IMG/VR virus record: IMGVR_UViG_3300007538_000001
Origin: an uncultured virus (IMG/VR IMGVR_UViG_3300007538_000001)
Taxonomy: Duplodnaviria; Heunggongvirae; Uroviricota; Caudoviricetes; Crassvirales
DNA: 64,000 nt
Direction: 5' to 3' (one strand)
Shown here: piece after piece, positions 27,701-39,400 of the stretch
Numbering within the stretch: position 1 is the stretch's first letter
Layout: each line of letters opens with the position of its first letter
Notes under the pieces: generated by a model
What the model was told of the DNA's origin: nothing
Seen by the model: the letters and a program-made list of their open reading frames with translations, nothing else
The model's database searches: none
Made by a program: the position numbers and the translations under genes

Positions 27701-30414
27701 ATGTTGAAGAAACTGAAGATAACACTGTACCTGAAAACAATATAATGGATTTCCCATTTATTGATGGTAATATGGGTAAAGTAGACTTAATGGTCACTAA
27801 TGAAAATGGTACTTTAGTTAAGGCTAGTGATAAAACAGATCATCCTGACTTTGAAGGATTACAAATAGATGTATTAAGAACACAAGATGACAAAGGAAAT
27901 CCAGTGCCTTACAAAGGTGGTGTATTTTTAAATGTTCCTAAGGCTAATGGAGATCCATTTCCTTTAAAACTTAACCTAAGACGTCCAACAACAGTAGAAG
28001 CTACATTTGTTGCAGACTTACTTATAGCTGTTATTACCAAGAAGCTTGGTAAAGAGGCTAGATTAAGTGAACATCCTGAGTTATTTAAAAGATTTAAAGA
28101 AGATCATCCTTCTGAATTTGCTGTATTAGGTAAAGATGCTAAAACAATGGATGTTGCTAAATTATTTGTACATATGACAGCTGAAACAGCAGGTAAAGAA
28201 ACTCATTTACACTTAACAGGTGAATGGATTCATTATGGTACAGATATGAAAGCTGCTGTTACTCCTAAAAATGTAGTTGACAATAGAGATGCTCTTATTG
28301 GATTTATACAAGACTTCAAGAGACGTCAACTTAATCTTAAACAATGGAATGATGCTGTAATAGGTCCTAAGTATAGAGAAATGATGACTAATGGTGTAAT
28401 GTCTACTGACGCTGTTGTTGGTACTGAGAAGCCATTATTTAATGAGAATAAAACTCTTGGCCGTGACAATGGATTACCTCCATTTAAGTTTGATATAGGA
28501 TTTGCTGTGCCTGAAGATACTCCCGAAGTTACTGAAGTGAGCCCTAAGGAAGCAACTAAGACTAACAAAGATATTGATTCTAGACAAGCAGCTTCTGATA
28601 ATGCTGGTGTTGTTGATGAAAGGGAAAAAGGCTTTGCCGGCGTATTCTTTGATAAAAATAGAAAAAGAATTCCAGTATACGGTAAAAATGCTGACATGGT
28701 TCGTAAGCTAATAAAGGAAAGATATGATGCTGAAAGATTATCTCAACCTGCTCAAAAAGCAGCTACTGTTATTAAGGAAGTTCCTACTCAAGAAATAACA
28801 ATAGATCCATTAAGTAAATCAATAGATGCACAAAAAGCTGAAATAGAAAGAAGAAGACAAGAAGAGTTAAAAGATACAGGGGCTACAGACAACAATCTAA
28901 CAAATGGAAGTAAATGGAGAAAAGTCGAAGTCAAAGAAAATGGCAAAATCATCCCATTTAATAACTTTACTGTTAAACTAGATGAAGCTATTAAGCTAGC
29001 ATCTGTAATGGATATAAATAAAGATTTTGGTAAAGATGATAAATTTAAAGGGTATGGGTGGAAAGCATACATTGCATTAGGGAAAGAGTTAGATAAGTTA
29101 GGTTATAGTTTTATAGCTTCTAAAAATTTATCAGATGGTGCTATTAAAACTTGGGATAAGTTAGTTGAAAAAGGATATGCTTATAAAAGAGGAGATAGAA
29201 GTTATAAATTTCAAAATAAAGAAAATTCTTCTAATAAATACAATAAATATTTTGATACATTAAAAGAAGCTGCTTTTAACCAATTAAATAGTATGTTTGG
29301 TAATATACCGTACAGTTCTATTGAAGATTATAAATCTGTTATTGATGTTGAAAAAGACAATAATAAAATGGCAGAAGGTTTAAAAAGAACCCTTTCTGCT
29401 TATGATGCTAAAGATTATAATATTATAGAGGAATATGGATATAAAAATATAATAGACGATATATCAAATAATGACCTTTCATTTGAAAAAAGTAACAAAA
29501 ATGATAATCTAAATTTAGAAGTAGAGTTGATTGAAGATAAAAGATTTGATAAAATCAACGCTAAATATGATGCTGAATTAGCTGCTTTAGAAAATAATGA
29601 AAAAGCTAATATAGAAAAAAGAAGACAAGAAGAGAGGATAGTACACACAGATATAGATAAAAAGGGGAGAAAACATACTTATTTTACAAAAACTACAGAA
29701 AAAGACGGGTTAACTAAAACAAAGTTTACTTTCAATAGAAGTGATAAAGATTCTACACAAAGAAACACTGCATCTGTACCTACAGATATTGCTTTAGGGG
29801 ATAAATATGTAATACCAAAAGAAACAAAAAATGCTGATGGAAGTATGTCTGACCAAATTCCTGAAGACACTATTGTACATTCTGTTTTAGAAATAAGAGA
29901 AGGAGATGGTAAAATAGGAGCTACTGTAATGTTTCAAGGTAAAAATGACCCCACTATAAGGTGGAAAGGAGATATTGTTTTAGAAATCAATGCTGAATAT
30001 GATGCAGAAATAGCTGCTTTAGGTGATACTACTGTTGAAGATTCTTCAACTGATCCTGTTTCTAATGGTATTTGGAAAAAGTTTATTGACAAAGGCGATG
30101 TATCTAAAATTCAATTAAATAAGATTGCTAAAAAAATTGCTTCAAATGATTTGCTTTCTTCAAGAGAAAACGCTATCTTTACAGGCAAGACTGCTGAGAT
30201 AAATGAAATTCTTGTAGATTTACGCGCTTCAGAAGAAGTTAAAGCTAGAAATAAAATGGCACAAAGAGAATTAAAAGCTAATAAGAACGTAGAAGTAGAG
30301 TCTTCTGAAGAAGCAAAAGATGCTGAGAAGATTGATAAAAAACAAAACACAAAAGAAATAGATCCTAACGTAATTAAAACTGAAGAACAGGGAGACTGGG
30401 ATTGTATAATATAA
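24721..30414 (+). CDS. Large virion cargo (polyvalent) protein with inserted domain cassettes
   Basis: 1897 aa. RA.NQS.WE, hydrophobic Gly/Ala helices and SEG.EE..QY occur in the N-terminal part. Repeat-bracketed variable domains occur near the C-terminus. It lies immediately upstream of the vRNAP. Confidence 0.75.
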   Translation: MVQETINDPLDLSIVENASTDETLMQKDPQEDTKPKAKAKFASVDPTEEVVADDPNNGKAKFSGGGPQVVQDKMYKGLDIEDYTDYLGSNIFMPTGGVDALNKQRAMNQSGWEQAGNMLGQAVVGEIVGGTIEGLGYILDVGSALDYMTGNEKDWGNFMTEAGKGLRTWSQDAMAIHTVNPGKFDPGDSGWWFSNGVSVASTLSMLIPSMAATKALGFLGKGASKLGGKFSKILDVAGNMGKQATWMTEGISQAIVSRHIENSMEASGTFESAKADYLTRTNKETGLPFTEEEATKLASEAAASNYNKGWAMLLQDIPQYLALGKIFNPHTGRMENALSKASQKGKQLKLKPWQQKVGSGIGTFLSEGFEESYQYYIAEQGKALADLNAGLITRDKYNEIMSDAIGSDEMMTSAFFGGLGGNLFQMAGKGLNELGKGKKRREFESNYEETYRSTLNDRAKNFMSMQQRLADADNNDNVEAREMVLDEMMLMMTTDALHRGKFDQHIESLQGIANMTKEEAKALEQQGGGEFNLELAKKSIPEIIKKSEEMRLDYLKFSNKYEGNIAAKMAQNNYRTKRFVENSKKMDEKIQSTTYSVPNINAMSTTQLNKVEGVIKLRALAEMNQAFKDQLKSGKVSELRKPHIEKIIKENEARISKLTKQYDAENKDDPRDADKKREDSRIAQGFTKDITDELVQANMVKERNNAEIMLNQLENDAIRSESYRNGLKKEALKEKVNSKIENEEQGEAIKKEIEDAPFLTKDEKAAELATVNENIEELANEAAVAQEYKNDEAREAEKLAAVNEAKKDTKTITNANNAKVNDNVEDEFAEEQTTVSKITKSKEKSQDRAINTKAYKNIKVPMYANLNGPGWKDWVFNGKDKTGIKDGKPVILDFVIGDPGGKYSQLAQQAINIYNRAKANPKNKLTSEEKDILFNHLPIKIQLTEEIWSYIPAFSPSNTFFKTNELPKREAIIRQMFKGNTKTQVTYQFGGNLHVEETEDNTVPENNIMDFPFIDGNMGKVDLMVTNENGTLVKASDKTDHPDFEGLQIDVLRTQDDKGNPVPYKGGVFLNVPKANGDPFPLKLNLRRPTTVEATFVADLLIAVITKKLGKEARLSEHPELFKRFKEDHPSEFAVLGKDAKTMDVAKLFVHMTAETAGKETHLHLTGEWIHYGTDMKAAVTPKNVVDNRDALIGFIQDFKRRQLNLKQWNDAVIGPKYREMMTNGVMSTDAVVGTEKPLFNENKTLGRDNGLPPFKFDIGFAVPEDTPEVTEVSPKEATKTNKDIDSRQAASDNAGVVDEREKGFAGVFFDKNRKRIPVYGKNADMVRKLIKERYDAERLSQPAQKAATVIKEVPTQEITIDPLSKSIDAQKAEIERRRQEELKDTGATDNNLTNGSKWRKVEVKENGKIIPFNNFTVKLDEAIKLASVMDINKDFGKDDKFKGYGWKAYIALGKELDKLGYSFIASKNLSDGAIKTWDKLVEKGYAYKRGDRSYKFQNKENSSNKYNKYFDTLKEAAFNQLNSMFGNIPYSSIEDYKSVIDVEKDNNKMAEGLKRTLSAYDAKDYNIIEEYGYKNIIDDISNNDLSFEKSNKNDNLNLEVELIEDKRFDKINAKYDAELAALENNEKANIEKRRQEERIVHTDIDKKGRKHTYFTKTTEKDGLTKTKFTFNRSDKDSTQRNTASVPTDIALGDKYVIPKETKNADGSMSDQIPEDTIVHSVLEIREGDGKIGATVMFQGKNDPTIRWKGDIVLEINAEYDAEIAALGDTTVEDSSTDPVSNGIWKKFIDKGDVSKIQLNKIAKKIASNDLLSSRENAIFTGKTAEINEILVDLRASEEVKARNKMAQRELKANKNVEVESSEEAKDAEKIDKKQNTKEIDPNVIKTEEQGDWDCII
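28834..30022 (+). repeat. Two pairs of imperfect direct repeats (A...B-A...B) bracketing in-frame domain cassettes
   Basis: Repeat A: 28834-28866 vs 29602-29634 (30/33 nt identical; KAEIERRRQEE/KANIEKRRQEE). Repeat B: 29551-29590 vs 29983-30022 (35/40 nt identical; KINAKYDAELAAL/EINAEYDAEIAAL). Confidence 0.9.
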
Positions 30415-30439
30415 TAAATTTTAAAACGCTATAAAGCAA

Positions 30440-33400
30440 ATGGGAAAGAATTCGAATTGTATAGGCGCCATGAAGTTTGAGGAAAAGCTAGTTACCATTT
30501 TGGGAACTCAAGAACTAGCTAATGCAGAAGCACGAAGAATTGCTTCTGATTCATTCAAACAAGTATTCGGCGATTGGGAAAACAATAAAGACGCTAAATG
30601 GACTGACAAACAAGGTGCATTAAGGCAAGATGATAATGGTTATCCTAGATTATTTAAATCTGGTAACCAATTCTACTATAAACTTAAGAATGGCAAGAAA
30701 GACTTCTTAAACAAGATTAAGTTTCCAGAAATAGATCCAGACGACGTATTTGAAATCACTAATCAACTTAGATATGAGCTATTCTCAACTAAGGAGGGAT
30801 TTGATTTTAATAACATTGAGAACATAAAAGGTCTCAAGATAGCTGAGTCTATTCAATCTAGCATTGATGCTTATAGAGCTGAAAATGTAGGAGATCCTGA
30901 TGCACAAATGCGTGCAGATCTTATTGAAAAATATAAGGAAGACTTTGTTATTGAGGTAAGAACTCAAATTGAAGACATGGGTCTTACATCAAGTAAGCGT
31001 ATTAAAGCAGGTGCTAGAAAGGATCAAATTGTTGACTTAACTGATGAGAATGGAAATCCAGAAGGGGAAATGGCTGAAGAAGACAAATCCACTGGAATGA
31101 ATTTCGCCGAAAGCTTTACAAAGAATTCTAAAGACACTGCGTCTGTAAATGTAAAGTTATTATTATCCACTGTATTAGATACTAAAAGAGAGCTTAGGAA
31201 AAATCCTGACGGAACTCCGTATGTAAATGAGAACGGTAAAAATGAAATGGTTATTTCTACTGTTCCTGGTAGGTTTTTAGGTAAGCCACAATTTGTTGAA
31301 TTTGATGACGTATGGACTACCTTGGAGCCAATGCTAGCTGACTTAGTTAACTTTAACCTAGGAGGAGATGTTCAGGATGTATTTGACTTAATGGTTGAGA
31401 AGCTTGAGGGCTTAAAACTAGTTAAGCCATGGACAGAAGGATTAGTAGACAGACTAAAAGAATTAAATACTTCAGAGAAGATTGGTGAAAGAAATAAAAT
31501 TACAGAATTTTTCCAAGCTTTCTCCAAAGCTCAACTTGATTATTATGTAACTGAAGTTAACGGTCGTAATATAAAAGTAATCAATGCTTCTTCTACAAAC
31601 TCGAGATCTAGTAAGCTTAAAGCTGAATGGGGCCGTAATTTTAGAAAGAAATTCTTAACCAGCAAGGGTAAGATGAATAAAGCTGTCGATGTTGAACAAA
31701 TATCTGACATGATTACTGAGTCAAAGAAAAAGTTTATAAGCCAAGTAGGCACAAGAGGAACAACAGCCTCTAAAATTAAAAGTATCAGTGAGAATCTTCC
31801 TATTCTAATGGGAGCAATGAATGCGCTTGGTATCAACGTTAACAACCTTGATATGCGTAACTTTATTCTTCAGGTTAGTGATCCGGAAAAAAGATATGGT
31901 GAAGTAAAAGCTTTATATGAAGGTATGGAAAGAACCATGGCTATCATAAAAGATGATAAAGCTCCATTTGTTGTAGCTGGTGAATTTAAAAATCCATTTG
32001 ATGATCAATTGGTATTAGGTAGATTAGCTACTGCAAGAGGATTGAGCGCTATTCAATTATCTGAGAATACAATTGTTGGTAATGAAGGTAAGACATATTG
32101 GACCTATTCTTCATTAAGTTATTTACATAACAAGCTTAATGCCTGGAAACAGCAAGCTGGTGTAGATGATACTATGGATATACAAGCTTTAGCTAGCTTA
32201 ACTTATAACAAGAATTCTAGATGGTTGAAATACTTATTAGCTGCTGATATTGTTAATGACAGTGAGCGCGAAGCTAAATCATTAGAAAGAATTCAGGATG
32301 TTCAAATAGGCTTGTCGAGCTCTATGAAATCCAAAAATAAGAATGACGGTGTTGATAATACTAAGATAACAATTGCTGATGCTATTAATGATAGTATGGT
32401 AAAAATTCTTGGTAAGAAAGCTTCTGCTCAAAAGTCATTATTTCCTACTATTGTTCCGGCTGATAAATCCCGTAAAATGGATCTTGCAGGTTTCGAAATG
32501 TTTGAAACAGGTATCGTATATACTAATGGTAAAGGAACAGAGGTTGATGATGCTACATCTGATATCTTTATAGATTACTTTGAAGATGAATTCAACAGGA
32601 TGGCTGAGGCAGCTGATGAAATAGATAATCTTCCTGATTCAGAAAAGATAGAGCACTATCATACTAAGAGTATGAATGCGCTTCAGTCTCAATTGTTTCC
32701 AGAATTCTCACCTGCTGAAGCTTCTAAGGAAGTTAAAGCTATCTTATATGATAAGAACCGTCCTAAAAAATCTACAATTTCTGGATTATCTAAAACTCAG
32801 AAAGAGGCTTTAAGACCATTTGTTGTACAAGCTATCAAGGATAGAATGAAAGAAACTCTTCAGGAGTTAAGAAAAAATAAAATTATAGAAGTTGATCCAA
32901 AAGAAAAGGGTGGATTAAAGGCCCTTACTATTGATAAATCTTTAATGGCTTCATATGAGTCTCAAAGTTCACCAGTGCATACAATGGTTGGTGATTATGT
33001 TGTTAATGGACTTATTTCTACTATTGAATATACCAAGTTATTTTCTGGTGATCCTGCTTATTATAAAAATCAAAGTGATTTGATTAAAAGGATTCCTGCT
33101 ACCTATACTGATGGATTGCAATTAAGACTTAGTGAGAATGATCACAAGTATTTTAATCAAGCAACAGTTAATGGTGTTGAGGTTGCTTCTAAGTATATGA
33201 AAGAGATAAGAGATTCTCTTACTGACAAGAAATTAATAGAAGCTTATAAAAATGTAAATACAACTGATGCTCAAGCATGGATAACTCCTCATAGATGGAA
33301 GTTTCTTAAAGAGAGATTAGGCCAATGGGGTGCTCAGCATGAGAAAGTATTCAAGAAAATGATGGATGGTAAAGAGTTAGAGCCTAAGGAACTTAAACTT

Positions 33401-36400
33401 GCTGCTCAACCATTGAAAGGTGTGTATTTCGAAGTTAATGACGGACGTCCTGTATATTTAAAATATTCACAGGCCGTACTAGTTCCTAGTTTAGTTAAGA
33501 ACACTCCGATGCAAGCTCTATATAATAAGATGACAATAGATCCTGCAACAGGTGAGCCATTTGAAAATAAAAAAGATGAACTTCATGAAGTTATTACTCG
33601 TGACGGTGTAAAAGTTGGAGCAAAAGGAATAACAGATATTCACTCTAAAGACGGTGAGTTATTGGCAGAGTTTGAATTAAATTCAACTCCTTTAATTAAT
33701 TCAGGTTGGAAATTACAACAAGATCTGCCTACAAAGCTTATTCATGATACTCTTACTGGATCTCAAATCCAAAAGAACATATTAGCTGGTATTGACTTAT
33801 CTTCTAAATTAGCTAACTATGAACTTAATGGTGAACCTAAAACTGGTAGAGAAATCATGCAAATGATTCATGATACTATTGGATCATTAGTTGGAGAAGG
33901 AAGAGAATCACTTGTAAATAAGTTCGGAATAGGAGAAGATAATAAGATTACTAATATGACGGCAGTCTATGAAGCTCTTATTGACGAATTTAAATCAAGA
34001 GGTGGAGATGAAAATATTATCTCAGCCTTAGAAAAAGAGATGTCATTTGATGCTATTCCTCAATTAGCAGGAAGAGTACAAAGTATCTTTATGTCTATCT
34101 TTAATAAAGAACTTATTAAAGTTAAGACTAATGGAGGTTCTTTTATTCAAGTATCACCATTTGGACTTGAGTCTGTTCAGGAAATTGTAAAAGATGACTC
34201 CGGTGAAGGTCCAACTAAAGTTCTTAGATCCGGTATCAAAATAGTATCTGATAACTATGATCCAAAAGGATTAAAGCCACCACGTATTGATAAAAAGACT
34301 GGAAAAGTTTTACCTGGTCAAGCAATGTTACCATATAGTGCAATAAGAAGCGCTATTGATAAGTATAACAAACAATTTAAAAATGAGAATGATCCACAGA
34401 GAATAAATCCATGGAACATGTCAGCTGCTAAGCTTAAGGAAATTTTAGATCCTAGTGCACTACAAATGGTTGCTTATAGAATACCTAACCAAGGAATGTC
34501 TTCTAATGATCCTTTAGAGATTGTTGGTATACTTCCTCCTGAGTTAGGAGATAGTATTGTTGCTTACGATGCTGTACCTGGTAAGACTGGTAGTGACTTT
34601 GATATAGATAAGATGTATGTCATGACGCATCACCTTGAAGTGAGAGATGGAAAAATCCAAAAGGTACCAAGTAACATGGACTCCAAAAAAGGTAAGCAAA
34701 ATATGCTAGTAGATTTATATACTAGTGTTCTTACTAGTCCTCATACTTACGATCAAATGATGACATCTATTGATGCTGGTTTCTTAAAGAATGATATCGT
34801 TGACTTATTTCCTCCAAAGGAATTAGGAAGCTTACAGTTTATGAGCCCTATGCAACAAATCAAGACTAAGTTTGAATACTTGTCTGGTAAGTTCGGTGTG
34901 GCCCAGACTGCAAACCAGTTAGTGGACCATGCAAGCAACCAAAGTTTAAACATTAGACTTAACGGATACTTAGGTATTGGACATAAAGACTCTAAAGGCA
35001 ATACAAAGTTTGATAACATTACAGACACAGATGGTAAGAATAGCATTAGTGATGTACTATCTGCATTCTTAAACGCGTATGTTGATATTGCAAAGGATCC
35101 TTATATTTCTCGTGGTAACCACAATGTTAATACAGCAAGTATTACATTTATGTTGTTACGAGCAGGAGCCCCTGTATCATGGGTTAACAGGTTTGTAGGT
35201 CAACCTATTCTTAAAGATTTAGTTGATGTTATAAACATGTCTGATGGCAAAACTGCAAGAAGATTAACTTTTGGAGACTCAGGTAAGACTGTAACTCCAA
35301 TTGAGTATATTAGATTGCAATACGGTGTTAAGAAAGGTGATGCTACTGAAACTGATGTTGCTGCTTTAAGCCCATCTAAGATGGAGACTGCAATTAAAAA
35401 AGAAGGCGCCCTTACTACTGAAGAGAAAATTGAACAAGGTAAGATCCTGGATGTATTTGAATTCCTTCAAGATCATGCACGAGCTTTCAATGCCAGTGTA
35501 TCTGCTGCTAAGGCTGATACCAAAGGTAATGGAGGTGGAGTTCTACCTTTACATATTGCTAAAAATAAAGTGAATGCCGTTCTTAATGCTAAGAAAATAT
35601 TAGGATATGCTTCTAAAGGGTTTACTGATGCACATGCTACCTCTACTATGATGGGTCATTACTATCATAACGGAGTGTTATGGGTTAGTAAAGTTTTAGA
35701 ATCTAGTGATTTATTCTTAGCTGGTAAGCAAGAAGTATTACATGCTTTTGACGGCGTATCTGAAGCTTTAGGAAAAGGATTATTAACTGATCCTGAATTA
35801 GGAAGAGTGTTAGAAAATTCTTTTAGATCTTACTCTATGTCTGGATTATCTGTCTTTAAAGATAACAACTCAGATCATGACTTTTTATTTAAAGTTTTAC
35901 CAGAACAAATTTCTGCACTTAAAGAAACTAATGATAATTTCTTAATCCAAGAACTTAGAATAGAGACTTCAGGTGGATACGAATTCTTAGGGATAGATTC
36001 TAGAACAGCTACAAAAAGTTTTAACAATAGAATATATAGAGCGTGGTCTCAACTACTTAATTCTTCTGATCCGGCCGAAAGAAAGCTTGGAGTGGATTTA
36101 ATAAGATACGCGTACTCACAATCTGGATTTAATAATAATTTAAATCAATTCTTTTCACACATCCCACATAATTTCTTTGCAGAACAAGGTATTGCATTTG
36201 AGATTGATGAGATGTTTAGAACTATTGACAATATGGTTGCAGGTGAAGACTTTAAAGATCAAATGCTAAGACATCAATGGGATAATAAAACATTGGGTTC
36301 TAAATTAGTTCCTGAGCTTAGAGCTGATAAAATAAAAGGTTTCGGAGGTTTATTTAGTCTTGGAACCGGATTTATCAGTGACGAAGAAAAATATTCTGTT

Positions 36401-39400
36401 GCAGTTGATGTAGATTTTATGGGTAATAAAACATTCCCTAAATTTACAAAAGTAATGCTTAATCAAAAAGAAGTATATGATAAAGGTGCTATTCCAAATT
36501 ATGGTTTATTCATATTAAGAGGAGAAGTTAATGGAAATCCTGTATATACTCGTACACATAAGCTTGGACACAAATCTAGTAAAGGTAGTATATTCGAATA
36601 CAATGAAAAAGAAGCTCCTACTAAGTCTGTTGTTGAAGGAAATAATGTTCCTACTAAGATTAAGGGTGAGATTAGAGATATAATGAAACAACTTAGATCT
36701 GATCCTGGATTTATTGAGGAAAAAGATGCAATTACTATTCAAGAAAGTACTCCAAGTGAGAATGTTCGAGAAGTATCTAAGAAAATCATTAGTGATATTG
36801 ATATAGCTTCATTTAAGAAAAGAATTAAAGATGGACAATTGCCTAGTGAACATTTTACTAATGACAGTGTATTTGCTGAAATCAAAAATTCTAAGACTGA
36901 AGGAAAAGGTAAAATGCCTCAGGATCACATGTGGATTAAAAATTCAAATGATAGATACGATATGATTGGTCAACAATCTGGTGAAATTATTGTTGCCAAT
37001 GTTGACCTTGAAACTGGATTACAATATACAGAGGTAAATATAGATAAAGCAGATAAAGCTCAAGAAGAAAGAATATTACCTAGTGATGACTATCAATTTG
37101 AAGAACTTCAAGTGTTTAATGCTAAGATAGCTCACTTACAAAGTAAAATGAACGTAGATGTTATTATGGATAGCACAGTTCCTACATCAAGAGTATTAGG
37201 AGCTTCAGATCCTAGAACAATTGCTGCTGGTAAACCTGTTATCTTAATTAATCCTAAGGCTATCTTTAAAACTACTGCTATTCACGAATTTGCGCATATC
37301 TTTATAGATGCATTTCCTGGTGGCTTAAAGAACAAAAGATTGCAGAAGGCATTACAAGAGCTTAAGAGAACAGGATTGTACGATGAAGTAAAAGAAGGTT
37401 ATCCTGAGCTGAGTGATGAGATGTTTGAGAAAGAACTTTTGGCCACTGCAATTGGTAGAGAAGGTGTTGACATTTGGGATAGCAATGAAAAAGCTGGAAT
37501 GTGGACAGCATTTAAAAATTGGTTCTTTGACTTCTTAAGAAGAGCTTTTGGATTAAATCAAAGCGAAGTAACAAGCTTAACAAAAGAGTTATTAAACAAT
37601 ACTGTTAAGACTGATTTGCTAGCAAACTTATCGGAACAGGATCAACAAGAGAAGAATTTCGGACAACAAGAAGAAAAAGATGAAGAAGTTGTTGAACTTG
37701 AAAACACTTATAATCAAATTGTTTCTTCTATTGCTAACTTGAGACAAGCTATTGAGCCTCGTACTAAAAAAGAACTTAAGGTTGAAGAATCTAAAAAGGC
37801 TGGATTAGAGAAAGGTGAGAAAACTAAATATCAAGAAGTTAAAGCTTTAGATGAGAAATTAACTGATGAGATGAGTAGGCTTAATGAAACAGCTAACTCA
37901 AGAGCAATGCTTAGATATGTTGCATTTTCACAGAAGAGTGTTAATGAATACAAATCACTTGTTAGTAGGTTAACTGAAAGAGGTAAATTAACTCCTGAGG
38001 ACATCAAGAATATTAAATTCTTTACATCTGTATTCACTATGATTCCTGATGTTAAGCAATTGATGTTAGAGCAATATGAAAAAGGATATCTTAAAGATAA
38101 CAATGGTCAAAAGAAAAAGAGAATGGCCGTACTTGATAAGATTATAGCTGATTATGATACTTTAAATCAAGAGATGTTAGGTGTTTCAAGAAGAATATAC
38201 GCGCAAACAATGGTAGAGCATTCTAATGAGCACGTAACTGCTTGGAGAAAGAAATTTGAGAAGCAATATGCTGATCTTGAGTCTAGAAATGCTACTCCTG
38301 ATGAGAACATGTATGTCTGGGTTAACGCTAAGATGACAGCAAATAAAGATAAGATTGAAAGTGAAGCGCTTAAGTTCTATGAGAACCAGGCTAAGAAATC
38401 TTTATCAGATATTCATGCATCCACCGGGTGGTTGGTTTCTGAAAAGAACATAGCTAATGCTGAAATTCAAACAGTTTCTAGAATGATAGATGCTGCTGAT
38501 TTTGAAGTTGACAGATGGGTCCAAGCTCAAGCAAAAGAAGTAGAAGATTCTTATAAAGAGTTCTCTAAAGACTATGCTAGCTCACTCGGAACAGAAGGAA
38601 GATATAAGAAATTTGTTGATCAAACTGATGAAGGATCTTATTTGATATCAGAATACAAAGCAGATTTCTTAGCTAAATACTATGAGGCTAATTCGTGGAT
38701 GAATAAAAATGTATACGAGGAAAAGTTTGCAGGAATAGAAGTTACGAAAGATGGTAAATATACATATAATGGAGAAACTAAAGAACTTCTTTTACCTCGT
38801 AATGGATTAAAAGTCGAAGGTACTCATGTGTTTTATACCGAAGCTGGAATAACCCACTCAATGACACTTCAAGAGGCTATTGGAAAGAGTGAGCGTGCTT
38901 ACTGGGTTGAAGAGAATACTGATACTCAAAAGACATCATATGGATTGGATCTTAAGCCTAAGAAATCAATATGGGCTAATCCTGCTTATGAAGAATTATC
39001 TGTTAAAGACAGGGAGCACTTGAAATCTATGAGAAAAATGATATTAGACGCGCATGTCTTAACTGAAGGTAAGCAAACTCTAATTGAAAAAGCAGGTGTT
39101 GCTGATTTTTATAGATTACCAGGCGTAACAAGATCTAGTAAGGCTAGAGCTCTTGCAGGTGATTTAAAATCTCTTGTTAGTGACAGTGTAACTGACATGT
39201 TCAAGAAGAAAGAAGATGAATTTGAATTAGAAGCTGAAGGAACTAAAGCTGCTGACAAAGGAAAGAATTCTATTCGCAGAATGGCTGACCTTACTAATAA
39301 GCAGAAGTATGATGTTCCTATTCCGTTCAGAGCTAAGCTTAGCAAAGCAGATCAAAGTCTAGATATTCACACTATCTTACTTATGAATTTGAAAGAAGCT

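Noticed and set aside
1450..30433. GCTATAA upstream of the scaffold-like gene (twice) and the RNAP gene
   Set aside because: An AT-rich 7-mer that also occurs within coding regions; insufficient evidence.
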